DNA of 64,000 nucleotides from Octopus bimaculoides. Its lineage: Eukaryota. Numbering within the stretch: the first letter of the stretch is position 1; each line of letters starts with the position of its first letter. The stretch is from the NCBI RefSeq assembly GCF_001194135.2, contig NC_068989.1, positions 81,041,487-81,105,486 of the forward strand, read 5' to 3'. The notes below the pieces were generated by a model. That model was not told the DNA's origin. It worked only from the letters and a program-made list of their open reading frames with translations, and made no database searches. Below, piece after piece: positions 25,000 to 39,560 of the stretch. Made by a program: the position numbers and the translations under genes.

Positions 25000-26994
25000 T
25001 ATTTGAAAAGTTTCTTCCTACTTTTTTTTATTGCAAAGTCTTCGATCAGATCTGCACTATGACACCATAAACACTTCGAGATTATATTTTCAATCATATA
25101 AACCATTTTAAATATGATTTTAGCAAATTTAAAGTGATTTCTTTTGTGCCATAATCATTTTTTTTTCTTCTGTAGTGACTTGCTTTCCTTGATGTCATAA
25201 GCATGTACTTATTTTGTTTAATGCATATGTGCATATACCTGCATATTTGAAAAATAATATCATTGTAATGATATTCAAAGAACAAACTGCACAAAATGTG
25301 GAAACTATTGAGACATCTCTCTTTTAATTGCTGGGAAAATTCTCATAAAATCTCTTCTTGATTGACTTGATTCTTTTTACAGAATGAATTTTTCTGTAAA
25401 ACTAATGTAGGCTAAGATTTAATTGTGGGACGGTTGACACAATCTTTCCATCATGATGGGGAAATTTCATTCTGTATATGCAGGCTTACAATTTAGTCTT
25501 GTGACACCATGACAGTTAAAGCTTTTCATGAAGATCTGACAAGGGAGATAATCTATGGGGGAATTTTTCATTCTTCCTAACTGGAACAAGAGTTAAGCAA
25601 GTTGGTGTTTTTGCTCCTACCTTGCAGCTATACTGCAACCAATACCACAAATTTCAGCTGGATTTTCTATCAGGTATCATTATGATGGGAATAATTTCAG
25701 GCCTCAGAAACTCAAAACAACTGGAAGAACCAATGTCTATAAATGATAATACCAGCAGAGAACACAGTCCTGAAGATCTGTAAACTATTTTGGACATATT
25801 TGTCTGAGAAGTTAATACTTCTAACTATTGATACCCTTAGTGCAAACTCAACCTGGAATAGAAACATCCTCAATTTTTAATTCAAATTTATGACCACCCC
25901 ATTAAACAAGTTAACCATTTTTGTTATATGAAAAGTGTCTGCATAAAAGAATGACATTGTATCAATGGAATTTGAAATCATATTCACTTTGTGCATACTT
26001 CATTTAGGTAATTGTGTAAAACAGTCTTCTGTTGTGACAGAATCAAAACATGCACTAATTTAATAATTTACAAAGAGATTGTTCTCGTGACCTTCTTAAA
26101 CTGTTGTGAAGCCTGGGTACTTGATGGAAAAGACATAAGAAGATAAGCACTCTTCCATCTGACAAAACTGGGAATCCTCATGCACATAAGTTAGCAAGAT
26201 CATATTATGAATAATAAAATTCTTGATCAGATCAAACTGAAGAGCATAAAAACATAGGTGTTACATCACCAGCTGACCATACTCAAAGAATGTTAGATCA
26301 TCAATAGCTGAAGTTGCTTAAGCAAGGAATGCAACTTGTAGGAGTTCCAAGGTTCTATTACAAGATCAACTAAAGCACACAGTCAGAAACTTAATATTTT
26401 CTCATAGACTCTTGATGCATTGGGTAGTCAGTTGTAAAGAGAAAAATTCTACATTGGAAGCAAATCCTTTGGAAGCAGCGATAAAGAAACTGACTGAAGA
26501 TGTTGATGAAGGAAAGCAGGTTGACAGTGAGGACTCTTAGACCCAGCTGTGTTCCAGTTCTCCTGGTCTCTTTGTCAGCATCCTTTAGATAAAAAAAATT
26601 GGCTTATATAACCATCTTTGATGAATTCAATGGAATAAAATTTTCAGCACCAAGAGACGCCAGTGACAATGATGATGAGTCTGAAGAAGAAGAGCAATAT
26701 TCACATCTCTTGCAGACTCTGCCAGACTGGTGTGTTTGAGCTTCAGTTTGAATCTCTGCTGGTTGAGGCTTGAGGACGAAGAGTGAGCAACAAAAAATTA
26801 TTCCAGAGGCAATTACATTTCTTGGGAAAAGTGTTTAAATATAAGGTCCAGAAAGGTGGCAGAGAATAAAGCTAACACAAAGAATAAAGAATAAAGCTAA
26901 CAAAAGAATGAGTTCTGGTAGAGAATTTCTTTATTTTCTGGTAGAGAATTTCTTTATTTTCTGGTAGAGAATTTCTTTATTAAAAAAAAGTTAA
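25000..26994 (-). mobile_element. Possible highly decayed piggyBac-like transposase
   Basis: Minus-strand motif traces in the expected order: ACFD, SIDTM...KFELKI, GIIIYRHWFF, FCAVCS. Many stops; the third catalytic D motif was not found. Confidence 0.33.
26913..26981. repeat. Three perfect 23-bp tandem repeats
   Basis: TTCTGGTAGAGAATTTCTTTATT at 26913, 26936 and 26959. Confidence 0.95.
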
Positions 26995-29246
26995 GCCATC
27001 ATAGTAACACTAATATATTGCCATCTTTCCTTCAGTTACTATGCAGTAAGGGAGATTGAAGTATATATTGGTGCAATAGGGGCTGTAATGTGTTGTGTTT
27101 TTTTTATATTTACTTAATGGGTCAGGAGGAATGGGTAGTGCTCATAGCTTTTGTAGATTCTTCTAAACCAGTGAGGTTGATGCCATTAATATTTGTGTAG
27201 AATCTTTGTCAGTCAACACCAGTAGGAAAGAGATGAGTAAGGAAGGAATTTTAGAAGGTTTACTTTCTGAGAAGGAAGGATTTGGAATAACGATAAATGG
27301 GTGGGGGAGTGAGAAGGAGTTGGAAACAAAAAAAGATGAGGATATTAGTAGAGACAAGCAAGCTAGGAAGGTGGCATCAACATAGCCAGATCGGAGGAAC
27401 AGAGGCAATTATAGTAGTAGTGATAGAAAAGGCAAAGAGGGGAGTCGGCATGCCTATGGGCCAAAAGTTGAAATGTGCATGTGGTTATTTGTGCATTTGG
27501 TAGTTACGCCATCACAGATGTGTGAGCAACACTCAAATACTGAGCACATTTTTGTTTTGAAGAGAGAGAGAGAGAGGAGTGAATAAAAATAGAAAATACA
27601 CAATAAAAATTAAAAAAAAAAAACAAGAAAGAAATAGGTAAATAGGTATTTTAAACTATATTAACAAGAAATTTCATGGAAATTATATGAAGCCTAAAAA
27701 TATACTGTTGCTGTGTTCTTCTCACCAATATTTTTCTTTTTTTTTTTTTTTGTAAGAAATATCAAAATTTCATAAAATGGCAATCTTCAACTCAATACTT
27801 GATTGATACTTATTTTATTAACTTCCCCATGCCCCAAGCAAGGTGAAATGTCCAGTTAGATTTCAGTAGGATTTGAAATCAGAACATAAATGGTTGCAAC
27901 CAAACATTAAGATTTTTGTCTGATAGTCTACCGATTCTACCAATAGAAAAGAAATTCAATATTATTGTGAGGAACAAATTAAGCTTGTATGTTTTTCAGT
28001 GCTAACTCATAGCTGAATGGTAGATAGAAAAAAATGCTAGATATTTCTATATTTGTAAACAGAATGCTAGTTATCCTGTTGAACAAACTATGTCTGTCAT
28101 ATCAAGTGATTACAGCTATATCTCCACAGCTGAAAACTGAACTGGTTTTGATGTAAAAACGATCTAGTTATCTATAGCCCAAACTTAAAAAACACAAACA
28201 AACAGATAACTTACTTAACTCTCCTGTGAGATAGAGAATCAAATTTATTTTGTTTTCAACATAATATAACACTTAAAATTGGCTGAGGTGTATGAGGGAA
28301 ATAACAACTTACTGGCTGATAAATATACATTTGAAATCCTGGTATTATGTTATGTCTCTGCTAAAAACATTTAATTTTAATTTGACTCAGTTCAGTCTAA
28401 GACTTCTTGCAAACTCAAGCAAATGCACAGCAGCATTTTCAACAGATGACATAAAGCTACCCCTCCTTCCCTTAAATACACTCCCACTCAGTCAGAGACA
28501 TTTTCCCTTTTCCTTTCTTTACTCTGTGTTGCAAGTTACTTGGTGACCTCACTAGTACTACAGTCATGAAGAAAGCACCAAGTACAGATTCTAAAGAGGT
28601 TGGCATTAGAAAGTGCATCCAGCTGTTGAAACCATGCCGAAGCTAACATTAGGGCCTGATCCAACCCATGCCAGCATGAAAAATGGATATAAAAATGATG
28701 ATGATGATGNNNNNNNNNNGATGATGATGATGATGATGGAGGTGGTGGTGGTGGTGGTGGTGGTGGTGAAGAAGACGAAACACATGCACACACACATATA
28801 TATATTTGTATATACATATATACATGTGCACACACACAGGGCTACACTGTCCAATATGTCTTGCATATTTTTAACATAGGGGTGTATGATATGAGAGAGA
28901 TTACATTACTATTTTTAGTAGGTCATAAAAGCTTATGTTAGTTTGCAATGGTGAGATCAAGTCCTACAATAGACCTGGAGAAGATAAGAAATCAGTCAAC
29001 GAGATGCTTCATGATGAGTAAGCAAGGTTCAAACATATCCTTGATTTAGAAGGAGTTACAAAAATTGAATGTAGATATGGCTGAGTGATTATAATGTTTC
29101 CTTTTACAAAAATGTGGCTCAGAGTTTGATCCCACTGAGTGACGCCAAGGGCCACTATCTATCTATCTATCTATCTATCTATCTGTCTGTCTGCCTGCCT
29201 GCCTGCCTACCTGCCTACCTACTTACCTACCTACCTACCTACCTAC

Positions 29247-29300
<54 letters not shown>

Positions 29301-30589
29301 CTATATATATATNNNNNNNNNNNNNNNNNNNNNNNNNNNNNNNNNNNNNNNNNNNNNNNNNNNNNNNNNNNNNNNNNNNNNNNNNNNNNNNNNNNNNNNN
29401 NNNNNNNNNNNNNNNNNNNNNNNNNNNNNNNNNNNNNNNNNNNNNNNNNNNNNNNNNNNNNNNNNNNNNNNNNNNNNNNNNNNNNNNNNNNNNACACACA
29501 CACACATATGCCAGTACTGCCTGACTGGCTCCCATGCCAGTGGCATGTACAAAGCGCCATTTGAGCATGGTCGATGCCAGTGCCACCTGACTGGTCCCCA
29601 TGCTAGCGGCACATAAAAAGCACTCACTGCACTCTTGGAGTAGTTGGCATTAGGAAGAGCATCCAGCTGTAGAAACCTTGCCAGATCAGATTGGAGCCTG
29701 GTGCAGCCTTCTGACTTGCCAGTCCTCAGTCAAACCATCCAACCCATGCCAAGATGGAAAGCGGACGCTAAACGACAATGATGATGAGATGATGATGATG
29801 ATGATGGTGGTGGTAGTGGTGGTGGTGGTGGTGATGATATATATACATATACAAAAATTAGACGATGAAGGAATAAGCAATTATCTTATTGACTTCATTG
29901 GCTTACAACTGTTTCTGCTGTAAGATGCAGTGGACTTATAGTTACTCTGAGTAATTATCAGTAACCCGAGTAACTATATAGCTTTATCAGTGCCTCAATT
30001 ATGAAGTGCAAATATTTCACTCTGTACCTAACTAATGCTTCATTCTGAAGCAGTGTATATTGAGTTCTACACCGGCTATTAGTATCGCAGTGCCTAAGCA
30101 AAATATTAAAACATATATATACAAATATATAAACAACGGGCTTCTTTCAGTTTCTATCAACCAAACTCACTCACAAAGCAGTTGTCAGCATGGAGTTATC
30201 GTAGGAGACACTTGCCCCAAGGTGCTTCACCATGGGATTGAACCCAAAACCATGTAGCTGCAAAGCAAGCTTCTTAATTTCACAGCCATACCTGCATCTA
30301 TTTTTACCATACAACCATGATGGCACCAGTGTAAAAATAACCAGAGAAAGGGATCTTGAATATGAGATGGTGAAATAAATACATGCTTAAATGAAGAATC
30401 TAGGAAGTGAATTCATGAATTCTTTGTTCTTTAGTTAGTGTAATAACATAATGTTTAGAGAAAAAGCAATAACCATATGGTTTGTAATCCAGCACCTCAT
30501 CTTTACAATCATTGAGCCTCAGTAAGATGTTCAAGTTGATTGAAATGAATCTCTTAAAAACAGCTGTTGAGAGCGTGTGAGCTGATAGG

Positions 30590-30629
<40 letters not shown>

Positions 30630-30936
30630 TGATGATGATGATAATAATAATAGTAATAATAATAATAATAATAATAAAAATAGTAATAATGATTTTCCTT
30701 TTTACTTTTTTCCCCCTTTATTTTCTTTGTTTTCCATTTTTTTCATTTTTACCTTTTTCTCTTTTTCTTTCTTCCCCCTTTTCTCACAACACTTTGCAAA
30801 TGAACAATCTGGTGTGTTTATTTTAATGGCCTAAGTTGTTGACTTCGGCAGAATTTGAACTCAGAAGATAGAGACGGCTAAAATGCTGCTAAGCATTTAG
30901 CCCAGCATGCCAACAATTCTGCCAGCTTGACACCTC

Positions 30937-30984
<48 letters not shown>

Positions 30985-33698
30985 CTTTTCTATTCTAGGC
31001 ACAAGGCCCGAAATTTTAGGGGAGGGGACCAGTCGATTAAATCGACTCCAGTACACAACTGGTACTTAATTTATCGACCTCGAAAGGATGAAAGGCAAAG
31101 TCAACCTCGGCCGAATTTGAACTTAGAACATAAAGACAGACGAAATATCACTAAGCATGTCGCCCAGCGTGCTAACGTTTCTGCCAGCTTAACAGCAACA
31201 ACAACAATAATTACAGTAACGCAAACAGAAGATGTTAAATGAGACTGGTAAATTAAACATTGCAAAATAATTTATTGCAAACCACAGATAAAGTAAGACA
31301 TTACAGAAAATTCAACTGACTAAAACATCTCTTAAAGTTGATATATACATATATAAACATGAATGCTTAGCAGCTGTTGTGAATGTATGAGCTGTCAGTT
31401 CCATTTATTTCTGATACACCCCCAACTATCATTGCTCTGCACTGCTAGCCATCACGCTCCCTCTCTCCCAGGTCACTTGTTATTGACATCTATTACCCTC
31501 TCTTACCATCATCCATCTTTATAACTATTCATCACCTCCCTCTCTCTCTTTCTCTCTAACCAGCAAACATCTTCTGTATTATTAGCTAGCATTTCCTTTC
31601 TTTTAGGTTACTTGTTATTGATATTCATTTTTCTCTCTTACCATCGACCATTTCTATTTATTCATTACTCTATATTTATCCATTGCAACTTGCTCTTACT
31701 GTTTATTATCAACAAACACTTAGCTGACACCACTGTTTCTCTCCCATTATTCTCTGTCATCACTGTCTCTCATCCATTACTCCTTCCAGCACTGACTCTT
31801 CCATAACTCAATCCCTTACCATCTTCTCACTCAATCACACTGTTTATCCCGTCATATTCACCCTTTTCTATTTTACCCTTTCACTATAGTTCATCTTCTG
31901 TCATTGCCCACTCTTTTATTTACTCTCTTGGTCATGGTACCTTGAATGAATAGTGATACTATAGACTAGTGAGGATTCTTTAGTGTTGTGAGGGACAAGG
32001 CAACATCATTGGTGTTGGTGCCACAGTAAAATGCATCCAAGAAACTTTGTGAAGTGATTGATGAATGAGTAAAGATGACATAAGGTAGAAAAGTCTCTTT
32101 AGTCTTGCTGAGAACATGAAAACCTCTTTAGGGCTGGTGCCATGATAAAATACACCTAGTACACTTTGTAAAGTAGTTGAAATTAGGAAGGGTACCCAGT
32201 CCTAGAAACCATGCCAAAAAATGGAATATACAAATAAAATGTGTCTTCCAACTCATCTAAGAGGGCAATTATTGACAGACTCTGATCATGGCAACTTGTC
32301 CATCCTATTTCAAAGTAGATGTAAAATGGTAGTGGTGATGATAATTGCAAGCCTTGTGCCCAAAATTTGGTGTAAGGGCAGTAAGCTAGTAGAATCATTA
32401 AAGTGTCAAAAAATGGCCTGGTGGCATTTCTGACTCTTTACATTCTGGGCTCAAATTCCGCTGAGGTTGTCTTTTCCTTTCATTCTTTTGGGATCAATGA
32501 AGTAAGTACCAGTTAAGTATTGGAATCAACCTAATCGACTTGCTTCCTCCCCATAAATTCCTGGCCTTGTGCCAAAATTTGAAACCATTATTGTTATAAT
32601 TTTTATTTTGTTTAAAATAGGGTTTGATATTTTTGAGAATGAAAATATCAACTGGATTAATGTAATAAAATTACATGTCTCACATTTCATTCTTGAAAGG
32701 AAAATGTCCTTATGCAACTAATAACATTAATTTAAGCCTTTCTCAGAAATATGATTTAGCACAACATTTAAAATGTCAAAAATGTTCAATGAAATATCTT
32801 TAAAATTATGTTTTTTTCTTTTCAGATGTAATAATAGACCCATTATCTAGGGTCTATTTTTTTTCAATCTACAATTTCTATTTTTCATTTGTGTAAACCT
32901 TTCTTCATTTCCAGCTGTTCCCTTTTCATTATGAGAAATTAATGTTTTAACCATACCATCTTAAGAACTCTGCTGCACATATAATACTTTACAATAAGAT
33001 ATTTCTATGGTGTTTGTTAGTTTCTTTGTATAAATGGATATCAATTTGAATTATTAAAAGCAAAGCAATTACTCACAGTATTTTGAAGTAATTTTTCACA
33101 TTGATTTAATCATACACTAACATATTATTTGGGACTGACTTTTATTGATATAATGTTTCAATAAATTTAAAAAATTTAATTTTTCTATTTAATATTTCTT
33201 CTTTTTCTTTTTACATTTTGTAAAATGGCAACTTTATCGATGAAATTAATGTAATTAATCAATGAGGAAAATTAGCTATTATATTCAAGATTAGATTTCA
33301 TTTTTGGTTAGCTTTTTTTTTTGTAATTTTTCAATAAATTTAGTTATAAATTATTCTAGACATCTATTTTTTGAAAAAATAATTTGAAAGTATAATTTTT
33401 GAAATATAATTTCAAAATACAACTTGAAAATATAGCTTCTAATATATCGATTTCTTTTAACAAGATGTAAGGCTGGTTTTCAAAGAAGAGGGGCTGTGTG
33501 GTTAAGAAGGTTACTTTGAAGCCGTGTGGTTTCAAGTTCAATCTCAATGTGTTGCACATAGTTTTGAGTTGACCAATGCATTGTCAGTGAAGTTTGGTAG
33601 ATGGAAACTGTGAGGAGCCTGTCATGTATGTACATACATACATACATACATATATATAATGTGTGTGTGTGTGTGTGTATTTATATATATATGTATGC

Positions 33699-33733
<35 letters not shown>

Positions 33734-34663
33734 CATATATATATANNNNNNNNNNNNNNNNNNNNNNNNNNNNNNNNNNNNNNNNNNNNNNNNNNNNNNN
33801 NNNNNNNNNNNNNNNNNNNNNNNNNNNNNNNNNNNNNNNNNNNNNNNNNNNNNNNNNNNNNNNNNNNNNNNNNNNNNNNNNNNNNNNNNNNNNNNNNNNN
33901 NNNNNNNNNNNNNNNNNNNNNNNNNNNNNNNNNNNNNNNNNNNNNNNNNNNNNNNNNNNNNNNNNNNNNNNNNNNNNNNNNNNNNNNNNNNNNNNNNNNN
34001 NNNNNNNNNNNNNNNNNNNNNNNNNNNNNCGTAACTTAGCGGCTCGGCAAAAGAGACCAATAGAATAAGTACTAGGCTTACAAAGAATAATCTCTGGGGT
34101 CGATTTGCTCGACTAAAGGCGGTGCTCCAGCATGGCCGCAGTCAAATGACTGAAATAAGTAAAAGAGTAAAAGAGTATATATATATAGTAATGTTTGTTT
34201 TAATGTTTAGTTATAATAAAAACAATTTTACATTAATCTGATTGGTTACTCTATATTTTTGTAAAGTACAACTTCATTATTCTTAAAAAAAGAATGTATA
34301 AGAATAGTAATGCAGTTTGATGATGTCTTAGCTGGCCAAATTTTCAAAGTCACTGCCAATAACATTCTTGTTTAAGAATAATGTGTGTGTGCATGTGTGT
34401 GTGTATAAACAAGGTGATTCATAAGTAGCACCCAGTTTCTGGGAACTGAATATATGACTTAATTTGGAAACTGAAAACATGTTTTTTTAAAATTTATTTT
34501 ATTTATTTCTACCTTCTTACACATTGTTATATAAGTAACAAACAAAGAACAGACTGATAGCGGTAAAACAAGAATTTGGAGTCAAAAGTATCTCCCAATT
34601 GATAAATTATACATATCAACCCTAAAACAGGAATTGAGCATTACTATTGACTCACCCTGTATG

Positions 34664-34730
<67 letters not shown>

Positions 34731-35724
34731 NNNNNNNNNNNNNNNNNNNNNNNNNNNNNNNNNNNNNNNNNNNNNNNNNNNNNNNNNNNNNNNNNNNNNN
34801 NNNNNNNNNNNNNNNNNNNNNNNNNNNNNNNNNNNNNNNNNNNNNNNNNNNNNNNNNNNNNNNNNNNNNNNNNNNNNNNNNNNNNNNNNNNNNNNNNNNN
34901 NNNNNNNNNNNNNNNNNNNNNNNNNNNNNNNNNNNNNNNNNNNNNNNNNNNNNNNNATATGTATATGTATATATGTATGTATGTATGCATATTACAAATA
35001 CAAGTATCATACAACATAAGTCCTTGATTTATTAAAAATATCTCTGCCTCTTGAGGATGTATCATAATTACTAAATGGTAATTAAAATCTGCTTCACTTG
35101 AGACTAGGAGATAGTCTTAAGATTTCAAACTTCTCCAAAGTTGACATGTCATAAAGGAAAAGATCAGGCTTGTTGTCTGAAGATAAAAGAACTGACGTGG
35201 ACACGTGTTTCTGGGTCAAGAGCTATCATCAGCACAAGGATTTTCTGATCTTATCTACAGTAAACTTGCTCAAAAAAGAGTAGAACACATTTATAGTGTA
35301 GATAATTTACATAATTTAAATACCTGTATTTGCTGGCCACCTGAGTTATTTCTCTAAGCTCATTTCAGTTTGTGTGTGTGTGTGTGAAAGGAATAGGCAT
35401 AGATAATAATATTGGGGAGAAGAAACAAAAAAAAGAAGAAAAAAATTAACCATTCATCAGCTGTTTCACTAAATATTCTAGCAGTTTCAATGCTCAGACA
35501 GAACTGCATATTTAAGGAACATTAAAAGCCATTATATACAGTTGTGAGATGAAAAGAACTAGTAAAACATAAATTTGAGTCTTAACAAGAGGACAGAGAA
35601 AATACACAGAGAGGGAAAAGATGCATGGAAAAGTACCTAGGACAGAGGAAAAGATAAATATAGGTTTAATTATGATAAAATTGAATAAAAATGTCATTTA
35701 TGATAAAAATGTAAATTAGTAGTA

Positions 35725-36083
35725 AGGCGCAGGAGTGGCTGTGTGGTAAGTAGCTTGCTTACCAACCACATGGCTCCGGGTTCAGTCCCACTGTGTGGCA
35801 TCTTGGGCAAGTGTCTTCTACTGTAGCGTGGATTTGGTAGACGGAAACTGAAAGAAGCCCATCGTATATATATATATATGTTTGTGTGTCTGTGTCTGTC
35901 TCCCTAGCATTGCTTGACAACCGATGCTGGTGTGTTTATGTCCCCGTCACTTAGCGGTTTGGCAAAAGAGACCAATAGAATAAGTACTAGGCTTACAAAG
36001 AATAAGTCCCAGGGTCGATTTGCTCGACTAAAGGTGGTGCTCCAGCATAGCCGCAGTCAAATGACTGAAACAAGTAAAAGAGT
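35725..36083 (+). mobile_element. tRNA-derived SINE, family B, near full length
   Basis: GGAGTGGCTGTGTGGTAAG head, GGTTCAGTCCC B-box, internal (TA/TG)n, ...AAGTAAAAGAGT tail. Other copies: ~2180-2430(-), 30100-30300(-), 33490-34175(+), 37085-37600(+), 47090-47260(-), 51960-52100(-), 55190-55340(-), 56380-56560(+), 59100-59340(-), 63190-63320(-). Confidence 0.9.
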
Positions 36084-36624
36084 AGTTGATTATAATGAAA
36101 ATAAAGGTAATGAGCTGGCAGAATCATTAGCTCATCAGACAAAATGCTTAATGGCATTCCTTCAGAATCTTTATGTTCCATTTTCACATTCCACTGTGGC
36201 GTTTCATTCATTCATTTATGGTCAATAAAGGAGAGGGGATCAGTGTTCCATTCATGGTGTATATTGTGATTTCAGTCACTTCTATGCCATAGAAACTGGA
36301 TAATCAGCCTTATGAGTTCAAGAGTTCACGAAAAATAGAAAAATAAATGAAAATAAACAAAGCAACACAAAACAATGGAGCTACAAATACATTGCAAAAA
36401 CAGAGAAAGGAAATAAAAGCTTAATTGCTTGGATGAAGTCCTTAAACAAATAATGGACAAAGATACATGTACTTGCTAGGCAAGGTGAAAGACAAAAGAA
36501 ATATCAGTGACCAGAATGGAAGCAGGTAGACTAAAGAAATATTAGTGGTCAGAATGGAAGCAGATAGTGGTGAGCTGGGAATGGAAGGAAAGAGTGGGGT
36601 GATGGTGGAGGGAGTAGAAAGGGA

Positions 36625-36702
<78 letters not shown>
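36625..36702. repeat. (GA)n microsatellite
   Basis: Directly visible. Confidence 0.97.
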
Positions 36703-36706
<4 letters not shown>

Positions 36707-37299
36707 AAGAGATGACAAAATAAAGAGGGGCAGGGTGAGAGAAAAGAAAGAGAACAAGAAGAGAGAGGGAGTGTGTGTGTGGTTGTAAAAAATTTTTAAA
36801 TGTATTACAACAATTAGAACCTGGCCATTGGTCAACCAATGTTCACTCTGTTGCATGTATTTAGGTCAGGCGTCTGGTTAGAGAATAACTCCCTCATTCT
36901 TTCCCACAAATCACACAGACCATGGGAAAAAAAGTGATGGATGTTAATCTTTCATCCCTGGCTAAATGGTAAAAAAGGAAGAAAAGACAATGCAGTTCTA
37001 GAAATCTAGACAGCTTTAAAAATATGACAGGATGGTCAAGGTTGGAATGGGCTAAACAACATTAAAAAGAAAATATTTATGAGCCATGGGTGTGACTGTT
37101 TGGTAAGAAGTTTGCTTCCAGACCACACGGTTCCAGGTTCAGTCCCACTGCATGGTACCTTCAGCAAGTATCTTCTACTATAGCCTTGGGCTGGCCAAAG
37201 CCTTGTGAGTGGATTTGGTAGACTGAAGCTGAAAGAAGCCTATCGTGTATGTGTGTGCGTGTGTNNNNNNNNNNAGCTGAAAGAAGCCTATCGTGTATG

Positions 37300-37333
<34 letters not shown>

Positions 37334-38194
37334 CGCATGTGTATACATGCATGCATGTGTATGTGTGTGTGTGCGTGCATGCGCGTGTGCATATGAACGT
37401 GCATGTCTGTGTTTCTACCCCACCACTGCTTGACAACTGATGTTGGTGTGTTTACACCTTTGTAACTTCATGGTTCAACAAAAGAGACTAATAAAATGAG
37501 TGCTAGGCTTAAAAAAAAAAATAAGTACAGGGGTTGATTCATTCAACTAAAGATTCTTCAACTCAGTGCCCCAGCATGGCAGAATTCAAATGACCAAAAG
37601 AAGTTTGTCCTGACATCATCCGTTAGTTGTAAACGAGTGTCACCATCTTGCAAGCAGTGTCTTTCATTTACAGTCTTCTGTGAGAACATGTCTGGTCATG
37701 GAGGAAATATCACCTTATTTGGAAACAGGTGAAGTTTGGTGACAGGCAGGGCATCCAGCTGCAGAAAATCCACCTCAACAAATTCCACCCAATCTATGCA
37801 AGCATGGAAGGTTGGATGCCATAACGATGATGATGATGATGATGATGATGGAGGGGGAGTGGTGTTCGTGGTGGCAACTCAATGACTGCATGCCATATAT
37901 ATAGGTGCCCCCATATCCTTTATGTGTTATAAGAGACAACTTCAAAAATGATTAGTGACAGAAAGGTCGTCAGGCCATAAAACACAGCCTTGGAAATCCT
38001 GTACAACCCATGCGAGCATGGAAAAGGAGATGCTACAGCAATGATGATGAAGAGAAAGATATTTCAATTCTGTAATTGTGACAGGTCACGTGAGGAGAGT
38101 CCCTCTAGGAATGAAAAATGTAGCTGAGAATTTGTTGTTCTTCAGTCCTGCCACAGAAATAATTGAGCAAACATGTTGTTTTTGGCATTCCGTC

Positions 38195-38562
38195 GCTTAC
38201 GACGTCAAGGGTTCCAGTTGATCTGACCAACGGAACAGCCTGCTCGTGAAATTAACATGCAAGTGGCTGAGCACTCCACAGACACGTGTACCCTTAACGT
38301 AGTTCTCAGGGATATTCAGCGTGACACAGAGTGTGACAAGGCTGACCCTTTGAATTACAGGCACAACAGAAACAGGAAGTAAGAGTGAGAGAAAGTTGTG
38401 GTGAAAGAGTACAGCAGGGTTCGCCACCATCCCCTGCCGGAGCCTCGTGGAGCTTTAGGTGTTTTCACTCAATAAACACTCACAACGCCCGGTCTGAGAA
38501 TCGAAACTGCGATCCTATGACCACAAGTCCGCTGCCCTAACCACTGGGCCATTGCGCCTCCA
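38195..38562 (-). mobile_element. tRNA-derived SINE with a distinct body
   Basis: Minus-strand head GGCGCAATGGCCCAGTGGTTAGGGCAGCGG...TTCGATTC followed by a ~290-bp body; little decay, CpGs retained. Confidence 0.8.
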
Positions 38563-39186
38563 CTGAGCAGACATAAGATAAAAACAAAATTCCATTTGTG
38601 GCTACTCCCTCTTTTATTCAGACATTATATATCTACAATTATAAAAACCGAAACACCCTTCCTGTTTACGTCTTTTAAGATGGCAAACTGAGTTTAGGGA
38701 AATTTGGTTATTATTTCTAGGAGGTCAACAAATAGCCATGCTCATGCTCACTCAACATGGATTAAATACTGTTTCTGGTGTCAGTAGTGATGATCGTGTT
38801 GGTGTTAGTGAGGGTGGCGTTGGTGATAGTGGCGTTGGTGTTGGTGGTAGTGTGGGTGATGGTGGTGTTGGTGTTGGTAATAAAACTATATTATGCAACC
38901 AGCTGTTGCTCTATTTGTTTAAGTAAGTATAGTGTCTAAGTACTGTTTAATTTGCAGAAAGAATTAAGATGTCATTATCTCATGTTTATTAAGAAAATAT
39001 TCTTCAAGGTCAGTAAAATGATGGATAGTGGGCTGGGGCATAGTGAAACAGTGTAATTTTTCAGTTCAGCTGGCACAAAGCTGCAAGTTAAAAGCATCCA
39101 TCACAGAAGTGGTGAAAGAGAGAATAATGTGCCTGAGGGCTACTGGTATATGGATGAATGCATTTTTCCAATCATACAGTCCAGGA

Positions 39187-39560
39187 CAGTGGTTCTCAAG
39201 CATTTTCTTTTACTCATGGACCCATTTGATTACTATTTTATTTTGGTGGACTCTCATAGCCATTCAATGTTTAAAAGCTAATTTCATAGATACTTCTTTG
39301 AAAATTCCTGTTTTGTTTTTCAACATTTACATGTATAGCTTTGCAATAGTGCTCTCTGAGAGAACATGTTTCAGTTGCCAAAAACATGCTAATGTAAAAC
39401 ACACCAGAGAAAGAAACCTAACTGTTTCTTTTGATATATACATCAAAATCAAAATTCTTTTGTGGACCCTTACAATACTACTGTGGATCCCTAATTTACT
39501 ATTTTGCTTGCATGGACCTCTGAAAATCTTATATGGCTCCCCAGAGTCCATATGGATCCT
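39187..39560 (+). mobile_element. hAT (Charlie-type) non-autonomous element, one end recognisable
   Basis: Begins CAGTGGTTCTCAA and has several TGGACCC/TGGATCC subterminal motifs; no matching right TIR seen. Confidence 0.5.

Noticed and set aside
26913-26981. Direct repeats as a CRISPR-like array
   Set aside because: Units are contiguous with no spacers, and the context is eukaryotic.
32806-32860. Acceptor-like TTTTTTTCTTTTCAG followed by a possible micro-exon
   Set aside because: Two frames stop at once, the donor is weak and there is no neighbouring exon chain.
37227-37310. Direct duplication on either side of a 10-N gap
   Set aside because: Typical overlap artefact at a scaffold gap.
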